From: Opitutales bacterium
GTDB lineage: Bacteria; Verrucomicrobiota; Verrucomicrobiia; Opitutales; Coraliomargaritaceae
Assembly (NCBI GenBank): GCA_049598495.1
Contig: JBMYNR010000023.1
Coordinates: forward strand, 1 to 26,647
Length of the DNA stretch: 26,647 nt
Direction of reading: 5' to 3'
This document shows, piece by piece, positions 16,562-26,647 of this stretch (position 1 is the first letter of the stretch; each line of letters begins with the position of its first letter). The notes below the pieces were generated by a model. The model did no database searches and was not told the origin of the DNA. It saw nothing but the letters and a program-made list of their open reading frames with translations. The translations under genes were made by a program, and so were the position numbers.

Positions 16562-17677
16562 ATGTCGTGTGCGTTGAGTCATCGACAGGCACTTCTTGTT
16601 CTCAATGGGTTGCCGAGTGTCGGCCCCGTTATGCTCCGCCGCCTATTGGATGTATTTGACGGGGATCCTGTAGCGGTTCTGGCCGGTGATCGGGGTAAAC
16701 TCTTGAAGGTTCAAGGGGTTGGAGAAAAAGCGGCGAGTATTCTAAGCAACTGGTCTCGCTACTTTGATTTATCAAAGGAGGTTGAACGGATGAAGAGTTC
16801 CGGTGTCCGGTTTGTCGGGCAAACGGATGAATCGTTTCCGAGCATGCTACAAGAAACCTATGATCCGCCAATTGGATTGTATTGGAAAGGTGAATACAAT
16901 ATCGATCGCCCCTGTGTGGCGATCGTAGGGACGCGGCGTGGGACGCTTTATGGCCTTGGAGTAGCGAAGCGTTTTGCTTCCGAGCTTGCGGGGCTCGGTT
17001 TCTGTATTGTCAGCGGGATGGCGCGTGGGACGGATACGGCCGCCCACGAGGGGGCGCTCGAGGCTGGCGGAAAAACGGTCGCGGTGCTTGGTTGTGGCTT
17101 GGATATTGTTTATCCCCCGGAGAATCTGGAGCTTTACAAGCATATCGCGAGGGAGGGTGCGGTTGTCAGCGAGTTTCCCTTCGGCCGCCGTGCGGATCGC
17201 CAAACCTTTCCTATGCGTAATCGCGTGGTTGCCGGCATCTGTGAAGCAGTGATCGTAGTTGAGAGTGCTGCCGCTGGGGGTAGCATGATTACCGCCCGCT
17301 TTGCCGGTGAGCAAGGGCGCCAGATTATGGCGGTGCCGGGGCGCATTGACCAGTCGGCCAGTGCCGGTTGTCACCAACTCATTCGTGATGGGGCCACGAT
17401 GGTGAGTTCGGTCGACGATATCCTTGAGGAGCTACGCTACGCCCGCCCTGATCAAGGCCGTATGGAGCAAGATTTGCCACAGGAAACGGGACGTGTCGAG
17501 TTGAGTGAGCTTGAGCACTTGATCCTCGCTTGTTTTCAAGGCGGGGAACTCTGCTTGCCCGACCAAATTTGTCGTCAGGCGAACCGGACACCTGCAGAGG
17601 TTTCCGCCGTCCTGATGGGCCTCGAAATCAAGCGTCTGGTAGTGAAACGTGCGGACGGTCGCTTTGAGAGGAGATGA
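16562..17677 (+). CDS. dprA: DNA-processing protein DprA
   Basis: [40 protein letters not shown]-terminal winged helix. Confidence 0.96.
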   Translation: MSCALSHRQALLVLNGLPSVGPVMLRRLLDVFDGDPVAVLAGDRGKLLKVQGVGEKAASILSNWSRYFDLSKEVERMKSSGVRFVGQTDESFPSMLQETYDPPIGLYWKGEYNIDRPCVAIVGTRRGTLYGLGVAKRFASELAGLGFCIVSGMARGTDTAAHEGALEAGGKTVAVLGCGLDIVYPPENLELYKHIAREGAVVSEFPFGRRADRQTFPMRNRVVAGICEAVIVVESAAAGGSMITARFAGEQGRQIMAVPGRIDQSASAGCHQLIRDGATMVSSVDDILEELRYARPDQGRMEQDLPQETGRVELSELEHLILACFQGGELCLPDQICRQANRTPAEVSAVLMGLEIKRLVVKRADGRFERR

Positions 17678-17718
17678 TTATGGTCGACAGGCGCGAGTGG
17701 ATCGCAAGAACGGGGCTC

Positions 17719-18039
17719 ATGTCTGAAACATTCGAAAAAGTAACGATCATCAAGAAAGCCAATGTGTATTTCGGCGGTAAGGTAACCAGCCGCACTGTCC
17801 AGTTTGCCGACAGTAAGAAGAAAACGCTCGGTTTCATGCAGGCGGGGGATTATGAATTCGGGACGGAGGCTCCTGAGTTGATGGAAATTCTCGGTGGTTC
17901 GATGGAGGTAAAGCTCGCGGGGAACGACGAGTGGGTCTTCTACGGGGAGGGTCAGTCCTTTAATGTAGAGGGCAACTCCAAGTTTGCGCTGAAAGTGGCT
18001 GAGGGGGGTGCAGACTATTGCTGCAGTTACCTTTCGTAG
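17719..18039 (+). CDS. ppnP: Pyrimidine/purine nucleoside phosphorylase (YaiE/DUF1255)
   Basis: [37 protein letters not shown] 17719 chosen as start. Confidence 0.92.
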   Translation: MSETFEKVTIIKKANVYFGGKVTSRTVQFADSKKKTLGFMQAGDYEFGTEAPELMEILGGSMEVKLAGNDEWVFYGEGQSFNVEGNSKFALKVAEGGADYCCSYLS

Positions 18040-18168
18040 TAGGCTCTAGGTGTGATTTCAACTTTGCTCGGTTAAATTTCTTGCTACTTTCGGTGAGGCG
18101 ACCCTGCGTCAGCAGAGCGTTGCTTGTCATTATTCTGAATAAGGTCCATTTGTTTGGTTCCGGCGAAC

Positions 18169-18193
18169 GGCAGTCTCGGCGAGACAGCCCTAC
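18169..18193 (-). repeat. GTAG-type REP
   Basis: Minus strand GTAG-GGCTGTCTCG-c-CGAGACTGCC; a possible degenerate partner lies at about 18092-18121. Confidence 0.65.
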
Positions 18194-18218
18194 CTTGTTT
18201 TAACACAGACCAGATACC

Positions 18219-19274
18219 ATGCCTCAGATGAACGACTTTCTTGAAGGTTTAAGCTACTGCGCACTGGAAGATTCCTTGTGTGAGGCACGGGTGAATCCGG
18301 TGCATGCCCGAGCTCTGTTCAGTACGATTCAACGAAAGTTGATCCGCGACGATCTGGATAGCGCTGAGGGAATTCTTCCGCCCGTGCAGAGATGGCTAGC
18401 CAGTGAGTGTGCACCTGATTTTTCTCCGATCGAGAATGTCGCGCATACCGTGAGCGATGATGGCTTTACGGAGAAATTCCTGTTGCGTCTTGGTGACGGT
18501 GTTGAGGTGGAGACTGTGCGGATGGGCTTCCCCGGCCGTTTTACCGCTTGTTTAAGTAGTCAGGTGGGCTGTGCGATGGGCTGTGTCTTCTGCGCGACAG
18601 GTCAAATGGGGTTTTCCCGTCATCTGACGGCAGGAGAGATTGTTGCGCAAGCCCATCATGTTGAGCGAGCGCTTCGGGCGAAGCATGGTGAGCGCCTGCG
18701 TAATATCGTGATGATGGGAATGGGTGAGCCGCTTCATAATTTTGAGCCTGTCATGGAGGCCCTGGAGATTTTAACTGACAACCGTGGCTTAAATATAGGA
18801 CCTGCTCGGGTAGCGATCAGTACCGTGGGGCACATCCCAGGTATTTTGAAGCTGGCCCGCCATCCGAAGCGCTACTCTCTGGCGGTCAGCTTGCATGGAG
18901 CCAGCGATAAAGAGCGCGGACAATTGGTGCCCGTAAATAAGAGATGGCCGCTCAACGATTTGCTGGATGCCTGCCGCGAATACAGTGCCGTGAAGCGGGC
19001 ACGTGTGTTCTTTGCTTGGACGCTAATTGGCGGCGTTAATGATAGTGCGGATCATGCGCATCGACTTGCCGGCATATTAAAGGGAATGGACGCGCACGTG
19101 AATTTGATTCCGCTCAATGCAACTGACGGTTTCTCGGGTCAGGCACCAGAGGAAGCAAGTGTCCGCGAGTTCCAACGCATTATTCAAGAAAGCGGCTTGC
19201 CTAGTACCGTGCGGCAACGCCGCGGGATCGACGTCGCGGCCGGCTGCGGGCAGCTAAAGGCTAAACGTAAGTAG
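18219..19274 (+). CDS. rlmN: RlmN/Cfr-family radical SAM RNA methyltransferase (RlmN type)
   Basis: CLSSQVGCAMGCVFC (CxxxCxxC), MGMGEPL, VSLH, VNLIP.N, DVAAGCGQL. Confidence 0.9.
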   Translation: MPQMNDFLEGLSYCALEDSLCEARVNPVHARALFSTIQRKLIRDDLDSAEGILPPVQRWLASECAPDFSPIENVAHTVSDDGFTEKFLLRLGDGVEVETVRMGFPGRFTACLSSQVGCAMGCVFCATGQMGFSRHLTAGEIVAQAHHVERALRAKHGERLRNIVMMGMGEPLHNFEPVMEALEILTDNRGLNIGPARVAISTVGHIPGILKLARHPKRYSLAVSLHGASDKERGQLVPVNKRWPLNDLLDACREYSAVKRARVFFAWTLIGGVNDSADHAHRLAGILKGMDAHVNLIPLNATDGFSGQAPEEASVREFQRIIQESGLPSTVRQRRGIDVAAGCGQLKAKRK

Positions 19275-19311
19275 CGTAACTGACTTTTTAACCATCCGCT
19301 CCCTTTCAGGT

Positions 19312-19370
19312 CATTGGAGGCACGAAGGTCACAGAGGTCTTCCTCTCGATCTCCGTGCACTCCGTGGTTA
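19312..19370. repeat. Inverted 9-bp-periodic repeat hairpin between convergent genes
   Basis: CATTGGAGG-CACGAAGGT-CACAGAGGT faces CCTCTCGAT-CTCCGTGCA-CTCCGTGGT. Confidence 0.6.
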
Positions 19371-19416
19371 ATGAATGCGCTGATTCAGTCTTTATGTTAT
19401 GCTGCGTATCCCGCGC

Positions 19417-20478
<1,062 letters not shown>

Positions 20479-20487
20479 GGGGTGGTG

Positions 20488-21369
20488 TTATTGGGGGATC
20501 GTGTCGGACAGATTGACGAGGAATAGCATCAGGAGGGTGTAGCCGTTGAAGAACGCATGGAACCAAATCGAAACGAGTATGCTGCCTGTCTTTTCGTAGA
20601 CGCGTGCGAGGAGAACTCCGACAAGCACTAAAGGGAGGAAGGAGAATATATTTGCGTGTATGAGGGAGAACAGAATGCCACTGATAATCTGAGCGGGCAA
20701 AATTGTCGTCTGACTTTTCAGGAATCTGTAGAGACAGCCTCGAAAGATGAGCTCTTCAACAATTGGAGCTAGGGCGATGGCCATCAGGACAAGGACTGAG
20801 ATGGTAACCGGATCTCCTCCTCCCTGAAAGAGTGTAATTAATTCCTGTGGTTCGGCCTCTCCGATGGCCCCGGTTGCCTGGAGAAGCTCAAGGAACTTGG
20901 TCCAAGCAAGTGCTACAATCCACACAAGGGGCAGGAGCATGACGAAATGGGGAATGGCTTCTCGGAGGGCGCGCAGAGGCGAAATATTGCGACTATTGAG
21001 GCGGCCCGCGTAGTGCCCGGGGTAATAACGACGGGCCCCGTAAAAGACCGCAAGCATCGGCAATTGAAGAAGTAGAAGCAGGAGGACGGCGAGCTTGGGA
21101 GTGAGCTCTTGCTCGTCCTCGCCCATTGGTAGTGGCTCAATTAGAAAGTAGGCTCCAAGGTTTTGAAAAAAGAAGGCAACAATCACTAAGGCGCATGTGA
21201 AAATACCGAAATTAACCCAGCCGATTGACCAGGCGGGCACGCCTGCATCTTCGTTGATGACCGTCTTGGGGCGCTGGACGTGGCGGATCCAAAGAGTTGC
21301 ACTCGCAGAGAGAACACCGAGCGCGATGAGACTTGCGATGATAAGTGGTGGATCGACCCCTGGTTGCAT
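20488..21369 (-). CDS. CPBP (CAAX/Abi) family intramembrane metalloprotease
   Basis: APIVEELIFRG, LFSLIH, HAFFN; multiple TM segments. Confidence 0.92.
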   Translation of the reverse strand: MQPGVDPPLIIASLIALGVLSASATLWIRHVQRPKTVINEDAGVPAWSIGWVNFGIFTCALVIVAFFFQNLGAYFLIEPLPMGEDEQELTPKLAVLLLLLLQLPMLAVFYGARRYYPGHYAGRLNSRNISPLRALREAIPHFVMLLPLVWIVALAWTKFLELLQATGAIGEAEPQELITLFQGGGDPVTISVLVLMAIALAPIVEELIFRGCLYRFLKSQTTILPAQIISGILFSLIHANIFSFLPLVLVGVLLARVYEKTGSILVSIWFHAFFNGYTLLMLFLVNLSDTIPQ

Positions 21370-21378
21370 TCGATTTGC

Positions 21379-22674
21379 TTAGGCGATAATAGACGCTCCG
21401 TCGAAGACCTGTTTGCCTTCGACAAACGTTGCTTTGACTGCGCCCTTGAGTTTCTTCCCATGCCAAGGGCAGTTTCGTGACTTACTGAAGAATGTATCCG
21501 CGTTGACCACCCATTCTTCGTCGGGCGCAAAGAGGCAAATGTCGGCGGGAGCTCCCTCGCGCAGCGTGCCGGCGTCAAGTTTGCAAATTTCGGCGCCTTT
21601 ATGGGTCATTAGGGCGATTACATCGCTCAAGCGCATGCGCCCGCTATGGTAAAGTGTTGTCAGTGAACTCGCGAGCGAGTTTTCCAGGCCAATGATGCCA
21701 AAGGGTGCCATATCAAACTCGCGGTCTTTTTCATCAGGACTGTGTGGTGCATGGTCGGTTGCGATGCAGGCGAGAGTTCCGTCGACGAGACCTTCGATCA
21801 GGGCGTCTCGGTCTGCGTCCGTCCGAAGGGGCGGATTCATCTTATAATCGGTATCGTAATCATGAAGATTCGCATCCGTAAATTCGATATGGTGGGGGCT
21901 CGCTTCGCCGCTGACAGGGGCACCTCGTGCGATCGCCCGGCGAAGGATGTCGACCGAAGTGGCAGAGCTGACATGCTGCATGTGGATATGTGCCCCGGTG
22001 AGTTCGGCCAAGAGAACATTGCGTGCGACGATGATATCTTCCGCTGCTTTGGGCCATCCCTGTAGCCCGAGCTTGAGGGACCATTCTCCCTCATTCATGA
22101 CAGCACCCTGCGTCAGGCTGGCATCCTGGCAATGATCCATGATAGGAAGATCGAACATCTTCGCATACTCCACGGCACGCCGCATGATCTCGTTGCTCTG
22201 TACGCATTTTCCATCGTCAGTCACCGCGACAACACCTGCCTTTTTGAGTTGGCCTGTGGGCGCAAGTTGCTCGCCGTCCATGCCGATTGTTAGGCAGCCT
22301 GTGGGGTAAACGTGAACCACCGCCTCGCGCTCAACCTTGTCCATGATCCGCTGGATCGTTCCGGCGTTATCGCAGACTGGGTTGGTGTTGGGCATGCAAA
22401 CCACAGAGGTGAAACCGCCAGCCGCTGCTGCCTTGGAGCCGGTAAGGATGTCCTCTTTATGGGTCTGCCCGGGATCGCGAAAATGAACATGAATGTCGAC
22501 AAGGCCCGGCGCCACAACGAGACCCTCCGCTTCAATGACCGTCGCTTCGGCTTTTTGCGATTCACTGAGTTTGCTGACGAATACCCCATCGAGAGCGTAG
22601 ACGTCGCCGACGGCGTCGCGTTGATTTGCAGGGTCGATTACGCGACCTCCTTTGATCCAAAGTGCGTTACTCAT
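21379..22674 (-). CDS. pyrC: Dihydroorotase
   Basis: DIHVHFRDPG, MPNT, KMNPPLR, IATDHAPH. ATG 22674 chosen as start. Confidence 0.95.
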   Translation of the reverse strand: MSNALWIKGGRVIDPANQRDAVGDVYALDGVFVSKLSESQKAEATVIEAEGLVVAPGLVDIHVHFRDPGQTHKEDILTGSKAAAAGGFTSVVCMPNTNPVCDNAGTIQRIMDKVEREAVVHVYPTGCLTIGMDGEQLAPTGQLKKAGVVAVTDDGKCVQSNEIMRRAVEYAKMFDLPIMDHCQDASLTQGAVMNEGEWSLKLGLQGWPKAAEDIIVARNVLLAELTGAHIHMQHVSSATSVDILRRAIARGAPVSGEASPHHIEFTDANLHDYDTDYKMNPPLRTDADRDALIEGLVDGTLACIATDHAPHSPDEKDREFDMAPFGIIGLENSLASSLTTLYHSGRMRLSDVIALMTHKGAEICKLDAGTLREGAPADICLFAPDEEWVVNADTFFSKSRNCPWHGKKLKGAVKATFVEGKQVFDGASIIA

Positions 22675-22920
22675 AAAATACTGTGTTTTGTATAACCACG
22701 GAGCGCGTGGAGAGAAGGAGATATTTAGAGAACGAGGCACCCGACCCTACAGCCTTCGGTTTTCATATGAGTTAGAAGTTGTGCTTCGTGAATGGGCAAC
22801 GCTTTCACGCGCTGGTGTTATTCTATGGCTCCTCCGGTGATCGATTGGGTTAAGGCTTTCTCTATCGTGCGGTCTCCCTCTCTCGGTGTTATCAAACGAA
22901 GCGGGTGGTCCTCATTTAAT

Positions 22921-23880
22921 CTAGTTTGGCAGGGCGATGATCTCGCCACGGTGTGCGCAGGAGCAGAGGTGAAGGATCGCCATGCGGACTACGATTCCGT
23001 TTGTGACTTGTTCGAGGATGACGGATTGCTTGGAGTCGGCCAACTCGGAGTCGATTTCTACGCCCCGATTGATTGGGCCGGGGTGCATGATGATGGCACC
23101 GGGCTTGAGCCATTCGGCCCGTTCTTTATTCAGCCCGAAGGAGCTGGTATATTCGCCGACCGAAGGAAAGTGGCTGGCGGTTTGCCGTTCGTGTTGAATG
23201 CGTAGCAACATGACGGCATCGGCATCCTCGAGTGCGGGCTTCAGCTTGTGGCTGACGGAAACGCCCATGGCCTCGAAATCTTTTGGGACAAGTGTGCTCG
23301 GGCCCGCGATGGTCACTTCTGCACCCAATGTCTGCAGGCAGATGATATTCGAACGTGCCACACGGCTAAAGAGGATGTCGCCCAGGATGGTAATTTTTTT
23401 TCCTTCCAGAGAACCGAACTTCTCGAGCAGCGTAAAGGCGTCCAATAGTGCCTGGGTGGGGTGGGCATGCGAGCCGTCACCCGCATTGATAACGGGGATG
23501 TCGACCACCTTGCTGAGGTAGTTGGGTGCCCCGGAGGAAGCGTGCCGCATGATAATAATGTCCGCCCTTAGGGCTTCCATATTGCGAGCGGTGTCGCGAA
23601 GGGTCTCACCTTTTGTGAGACTACTAGCGTCTCCAGTCACTGTGATTGTGTCTGCACTGAGGCGACTTGCGGCAACTTCAAAGGCGAGCCGTGTGCGTGT
23701 GCTTGGCTCGAGAAAAAGATTCACAACCGTGCGCCCGTTCAAATAGGGCTGCTTCATGTTGTCGGCCTTCATGGCCTTTTTGAACGCACTTGCAGCGGTG
23801 AAAATTACCTCAATCTCACCCCGCGACAGTGGAGCAACATCGATCAAGTCTTTTCGGTTCCAGGTAAGGCTTTGGCTCAT
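22921..23880 (-). CDS. pyrB: Aspartate carbamoyltransferase catalytic subunit
   Basis: FLEPSTRT, INAGDG, HPTQALLD, SRVARSN, MHPGPINRGVEI. ATG 23880 chosen as start. Confidence 0.97.
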   Translation of the reverse strand: MSQSLTWNRKDLIDVAPLSRGEIEVIFTAASAFKKAMKADNMKQPYLNGRTVVNLFLEPSTRTRLAFEVAASRLSADTITVTGDASSLTKGETLRDTARNMEALRADIIIMRHASSGAPNYLSKVVDIPVINAGDGSHAHPTQALLDAFTLLEKFGSLEGKKITILGDILFSRVARSNIICLQTLGAEVTIAGPSTLVPKDFEAMGVSVSHKLKPALEDADAVMLLRIQHERQTASHFPSVGEYTSSFGLNKERAEWLKPGAIIMHPGPINRGVEIDSELADSKQSVILEQVTNGIVVRMAILHLCSCAHRGEIIALPN

Positions 23881-23976
23881 GAAATTCAGTTTGGGTTCCG
23901 AGAACGGAAATTTGGCTTGTCTATCCGAAAGGGCAACGAGAAATCGCCCGGAAATCGATGACCCTAGGCTGGGCAC

Positions 23977-24006
23977 AAAAAAGCCCCGGGGGAACCGAGG
24001 CTTTTT
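23977..24006. terminator. Intrinsic terminator downstream of rpmB (bidirectional shape)
   Basis: AAAAAAGCCCCGG-gggaa-CCGAGGCTTTTT. Confidence 0.8.
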
Positions 24007-24048
24007 GCAATGAAATGATGATCACGCTAAGGCTGTCCTAGGCTTTTC

Positions 24049-24283
<235 letters not shown>

Positions 24284-24310
24284 GATCCTTCTTTTAAAAT
24301 TGAAGGCTGG

Positions 24311-24338
24311 AAGGTAGGGGGCAAAAGCAAGCTGACAA
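24311..24338 (-). promoter_or_regulatory. Candidate sigma70 promoter of rpmB
   Basis: Minus strand TTGTCA-16 nt-TACCTT. Confidence 0.4.
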
Positions 24339-24357
24339 GTGTTTTTTCGAAAAACTT

Positions 24358-25350
24358 TCAGCCCTCTCGTAGGCCCCAAAGCACCTGGAAGCGCTGCCCC
24401 ATATTGGCGGGATGTATTAATTCCATAAGGGTCTGGCGCTCTGCGCTAAAATTGCCCACGCCGGCTTCGACAATCGCTTGCGCGGCCCGCTGCGCCCGTT
24501 GGACGAGGAAGGATTCCTGATTTTCGAGCGTGACCCGGTTGAAGCCCGCCGCCTCCAACTGGGCCTGAAGTGGGGTCCAGCAGACGTCGCAAGTGATGTC
24601 GAGCGTGCCCGGATCTTCAAGGAGGTTGTTGCCCTGCTCATGCTTTTTGTAGGTCCTGGCGGTGCCACTCGGGTGATTCTGAAGGAGCGCCTGCCAGGTG
24701 CGCCCATAGTCGAACAAAAGAAGCAGACCGCTCCACTCCTGCTCGAGAAGATTCGAGAGCGCCTTTTCTGATTCGAGGGGCAGGTCGAGTTCGTAGCCCT
24801 CCTCGATTTGCTCAGGTAGGCGATTCGCTACTTGTTGAACTGATGGGCTCAGGTCCGAGAGGAGTGTTTCGGCGAGTTTTCCATCGTCGTTAAAATAGAC
24901 CCCTCGTTCTCGCCAGCATCCGTTTTTAAAAATCAGGCGGTGAAAGGGCAGGGCGTCGAGCCATTCGTTGGCAAAAATGACAACGGATCCCTCGACCTTG
25001 ATCGGGTTGCCTTGCCGAAGAAGAATTTCCTGTTTGAAAGGATGGTTTGATAGATGGCCTAGTAGGGAGCTACCCGGTTCCGCTGCGATCTCGACGAAGT
25101 TATGGTGGGCGGTGTCGCTCCCGATTAAATCCTCTGCCGCCGTGGACACCAGACGGGCAAATACCTGCCCGAGACTCTCGGCCGTATAGAAATCGTGTCG
25201 CGGGCTCCGGCCGACTCGTTCTGCCGATTGCGTGTAGTATCCGACGTCGTCTGCGTAGAGCACGGTGGCAATATAATCCCGATAACTGATAGGCCCATCT
25301 GCGCAGCGTGTGCGGAGGTTCTCGATCAGCGGTCTGGGAGCTTTAGGCAT
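24358..25350 (-). CDS. MidA/NDUFAF7-like SAM-dependent methyltransferase
   Basis: GYY, DFYTA, IFANEWLDALP, FDYG, PG..DIT.DV, LIHP..MG..F. ATG 25350 chosen as start. Confidence 0.85.
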   Translation of the reverse strand: MPKAPRPLIENLRTRCADGPISYRDYIATVLYADDVGYYTQSAERVGRSPRHDFYTAESLGQVFARLVSTAAEDLIGSDTAHHNFVEIAAEPGSSLLGHLSNHPFKQEILLRQGNPIKVEGSVVIFANEWLDALPFHRLIFKNGCWRERGVYFNDDGKLAETLLSDLSPSVQQVANRLPEQIEEGYELDLPLESEKALSNLLEQEWSGLLLLFDYGRTWQALLQNHPSGTARTYKKHEQGNNLLEDPGTLDITCDVCWTPLQAQLEAAGFNRVTLENQESFLVQRAQRAAQAIVEAGVGNFSAERQTLMELIHPANMGQRFQVLWGLREG

Positions 25351-25537
25351 GGATTTAGATTGGGTTCGATGCGGCCGAGCGCAAATAAAAGCGGAATAAG
25401 ATGTTTGGGCGACTGGCGGAGCGAGCGAGGTAATCGGCACTAGCTCTCGAGGGGAATACAGTCACAGCAACCCCCACGCATTTCGAAGTGGTCATACTTC
25501 TCGGCAGCGAAGAAGGTGCCAAAAAAAACTTTTCTCT

Positions 25538-25568
25538 TCTGTTGTCTGACGTCTGACTCCTGTCTTCT
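25538..25568 (+). repeat. Orphan heptamer-periodic array (YCTGNNN)
   Basis: TCTGTTG TCTGACG TCTGACT CCTGTCT TCT, starting at 25538, 25545, 25552, 25559 and 25566. Confidence 0.6.
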
Positions 25569-25578
25569 TTCAAATATC

Positions 25579-26625
25579 ATGATTCTGGCTATAGAAAGCT
25601 CCTGTGATGAGTCGGCGATTGCACGATTTGACCCTGCGATGGGCATGGTGGGGGAGTGGGTGCACAGTCAGATTGATTTACATCGGGAATACGGTGGGGT
25701 GGTGCCGGATCTCGCAAGCCGGGAGCACCTGAAGAACTTTTTTCCTCTGCTTGAAGCGGCCGGCCTCTCGTCGGATCCTGGCCCGATTAAGCAGATCGCT
25801 GTGACCTATGGTCCCGGCCTAGCCGGTTGTCTCGCCCTGGGGATCGCCTTTGCCCGAAGTCTCGCCCTGGCTTGGGGCTTGCCCGTTGTCGGTGTGAACC
25901 ACTTGCGGGGGCATGCCTTTTCGCCCTTCATCGCGCTACACGAGGCAGCGCCGCAGAACTTTGAAGCTGCGCTGAGCGAACGACTCCCGCATCTGGGGTT
26001 AATCGTCTCGGGTGGTAATACCATTCTCTTTGAGATTGCTGAGGACCTCAGCTTGTCCGTCCTTGCGCAGACGGTTGACGATGCGGCAGGTGAAGCCCTT
26101 GATAAGGGTGCTAAGCTTCTTGGATTGCCATACCCAGGCGGGCCACAGGTCGAGAGGCTGGCTTCTGAGGGGGACTCCAGACGATTTGAGTTTCCGAAAG
26201 CGATCGCGCCACGCAACGAACGCCGATTTAGTTTTTCCGGCCTCAAGACCAGCCTTCGCTATCGCATCGAGAAGATGAGAGACGAAGAAATCGAGTCTTC
26301 TATGGCGGATTTGTGTGCTGGTTACCAGCAGGCCGTCATCGACCAACTACTGGGAAAAACGAAGCATTTGATCCAAGCGGGCGCCTACAGGAGTATCGGG
26401 CTATCCGGGGGGGTATCTAACAATCGGGCGCTTCGATCTGCTATGGAGAATCTCGCAAAGCGCTATGGAATCCCATGCCTGCTCGCGCAACCCAAGCACA
26501 CGGGGGATAACGCGGGGATGATTGCCTTTGCTGCCTACGCGGATCGCCCTGCGCTTGCCTCGGAACGGTTCACGATCGAGCCCGCATTAAAGCTAGTGTG
26601 GTGTCAGCGAAATAACCTACATTAG
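25579..26625 (+). CDS. tsaD: tRNA N6-adenosine threonylcarbamoyltransferase
   Basis: ILAIESSCDE, YGGVVPDLASREH, GPGL, VNHLRGH, VSGG, DDAAGEA.DK, FSFSGLKT, DNAGMIA. ATG 25579. Confidence 0.97.
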   Translation: MILAIESSCDESAIARFDPAMGMVGEWVHSQIDLHREYGGVVPDLASREHLKNFFPLLEAAGLSSDPGPIKQIAVTYGPGLAGCLALGIAFARSLALAWGLPVVGVNHLRGHAFSPFIALHEAAPQNFEAALSERLPHLGLIVSGGNTILFEIAEDLSLSVLAQTVDDAAGEALDKGAKLLGLPYPGGPQVERLASEGDSRRFEFPKAIAPRNERRFSFSGLKTSLRYRIEKMRDEEIESSMADLCAGYQQAVIDQLLGKTKHLIQAGAYRSIGLSGGVSNNRALRSAMENLAKRYGIPCLLAQPKHTGDNAGMIAFAAYADRPALASERFTIEPALKLVWCQRNNLH

Positions 26626-26647
26626 AACTTGTACGCTGATTCCGGAT

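Noticed and set aside
18219..19274. cfr resistance gene
   Set aside because: It has the RlmN-type MGMGEP motif and a housekeeping context, with nothing specifically Cfr-like.
23881..24048. PyrR-type attenuator before pyrB
   Set aside because: No PyrR-binding loop consensus was recognised; the hairpin fits the rpmB terminator.

Overview
Bacterial chromosomal window, most likely Verrucomicrobiota/Opitutales (inferred from protein styles such as the PVC-type L28, the 'DP..AA.W' helical-repeat protein and the RHS fragment; not database-checked). It is mostly housekeeping: phasin-like, four-helix-bundle and AarF/UbiB genes, a short RpoD-family sigma factor, trpE, purK, purE, an MBL hydrolase, tRNA-Lys(UUU), an ECF sigma with a candidate anti-sigma, argG, pdxJ, nnr, dprA, ppnP, rlmN, aroG, a CPBP protease, pyrC, pyrB, rpmB, a MidA-like methyltransferase and tsaD. 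The unusual signal is in the spacers, which hold several small structured elements. (1) A four-helix-bundle gene lies between the phasin-like gene and ubiB, bracketed by inverted 7-bp-periodic GTTG/CAAC arrays. (2) Downstream of tRNA-Lys, a 19-bp duplicate of the tRNA 3' end carries the CCA that the gene itself lacks; it closes a multi-hairpin structure and is followed by a frameshifted GIY-YIG nuclease. (3) A CTTCGC..GCTACGCCG motif resembling the GIY-YIG leader is nested inside two GTAG-type REP palindromes. (4) There are orphan 9-bp and 7-bp periodic repeat arrays. No CRISPR array, rRNA, integrase or transposase was seen.
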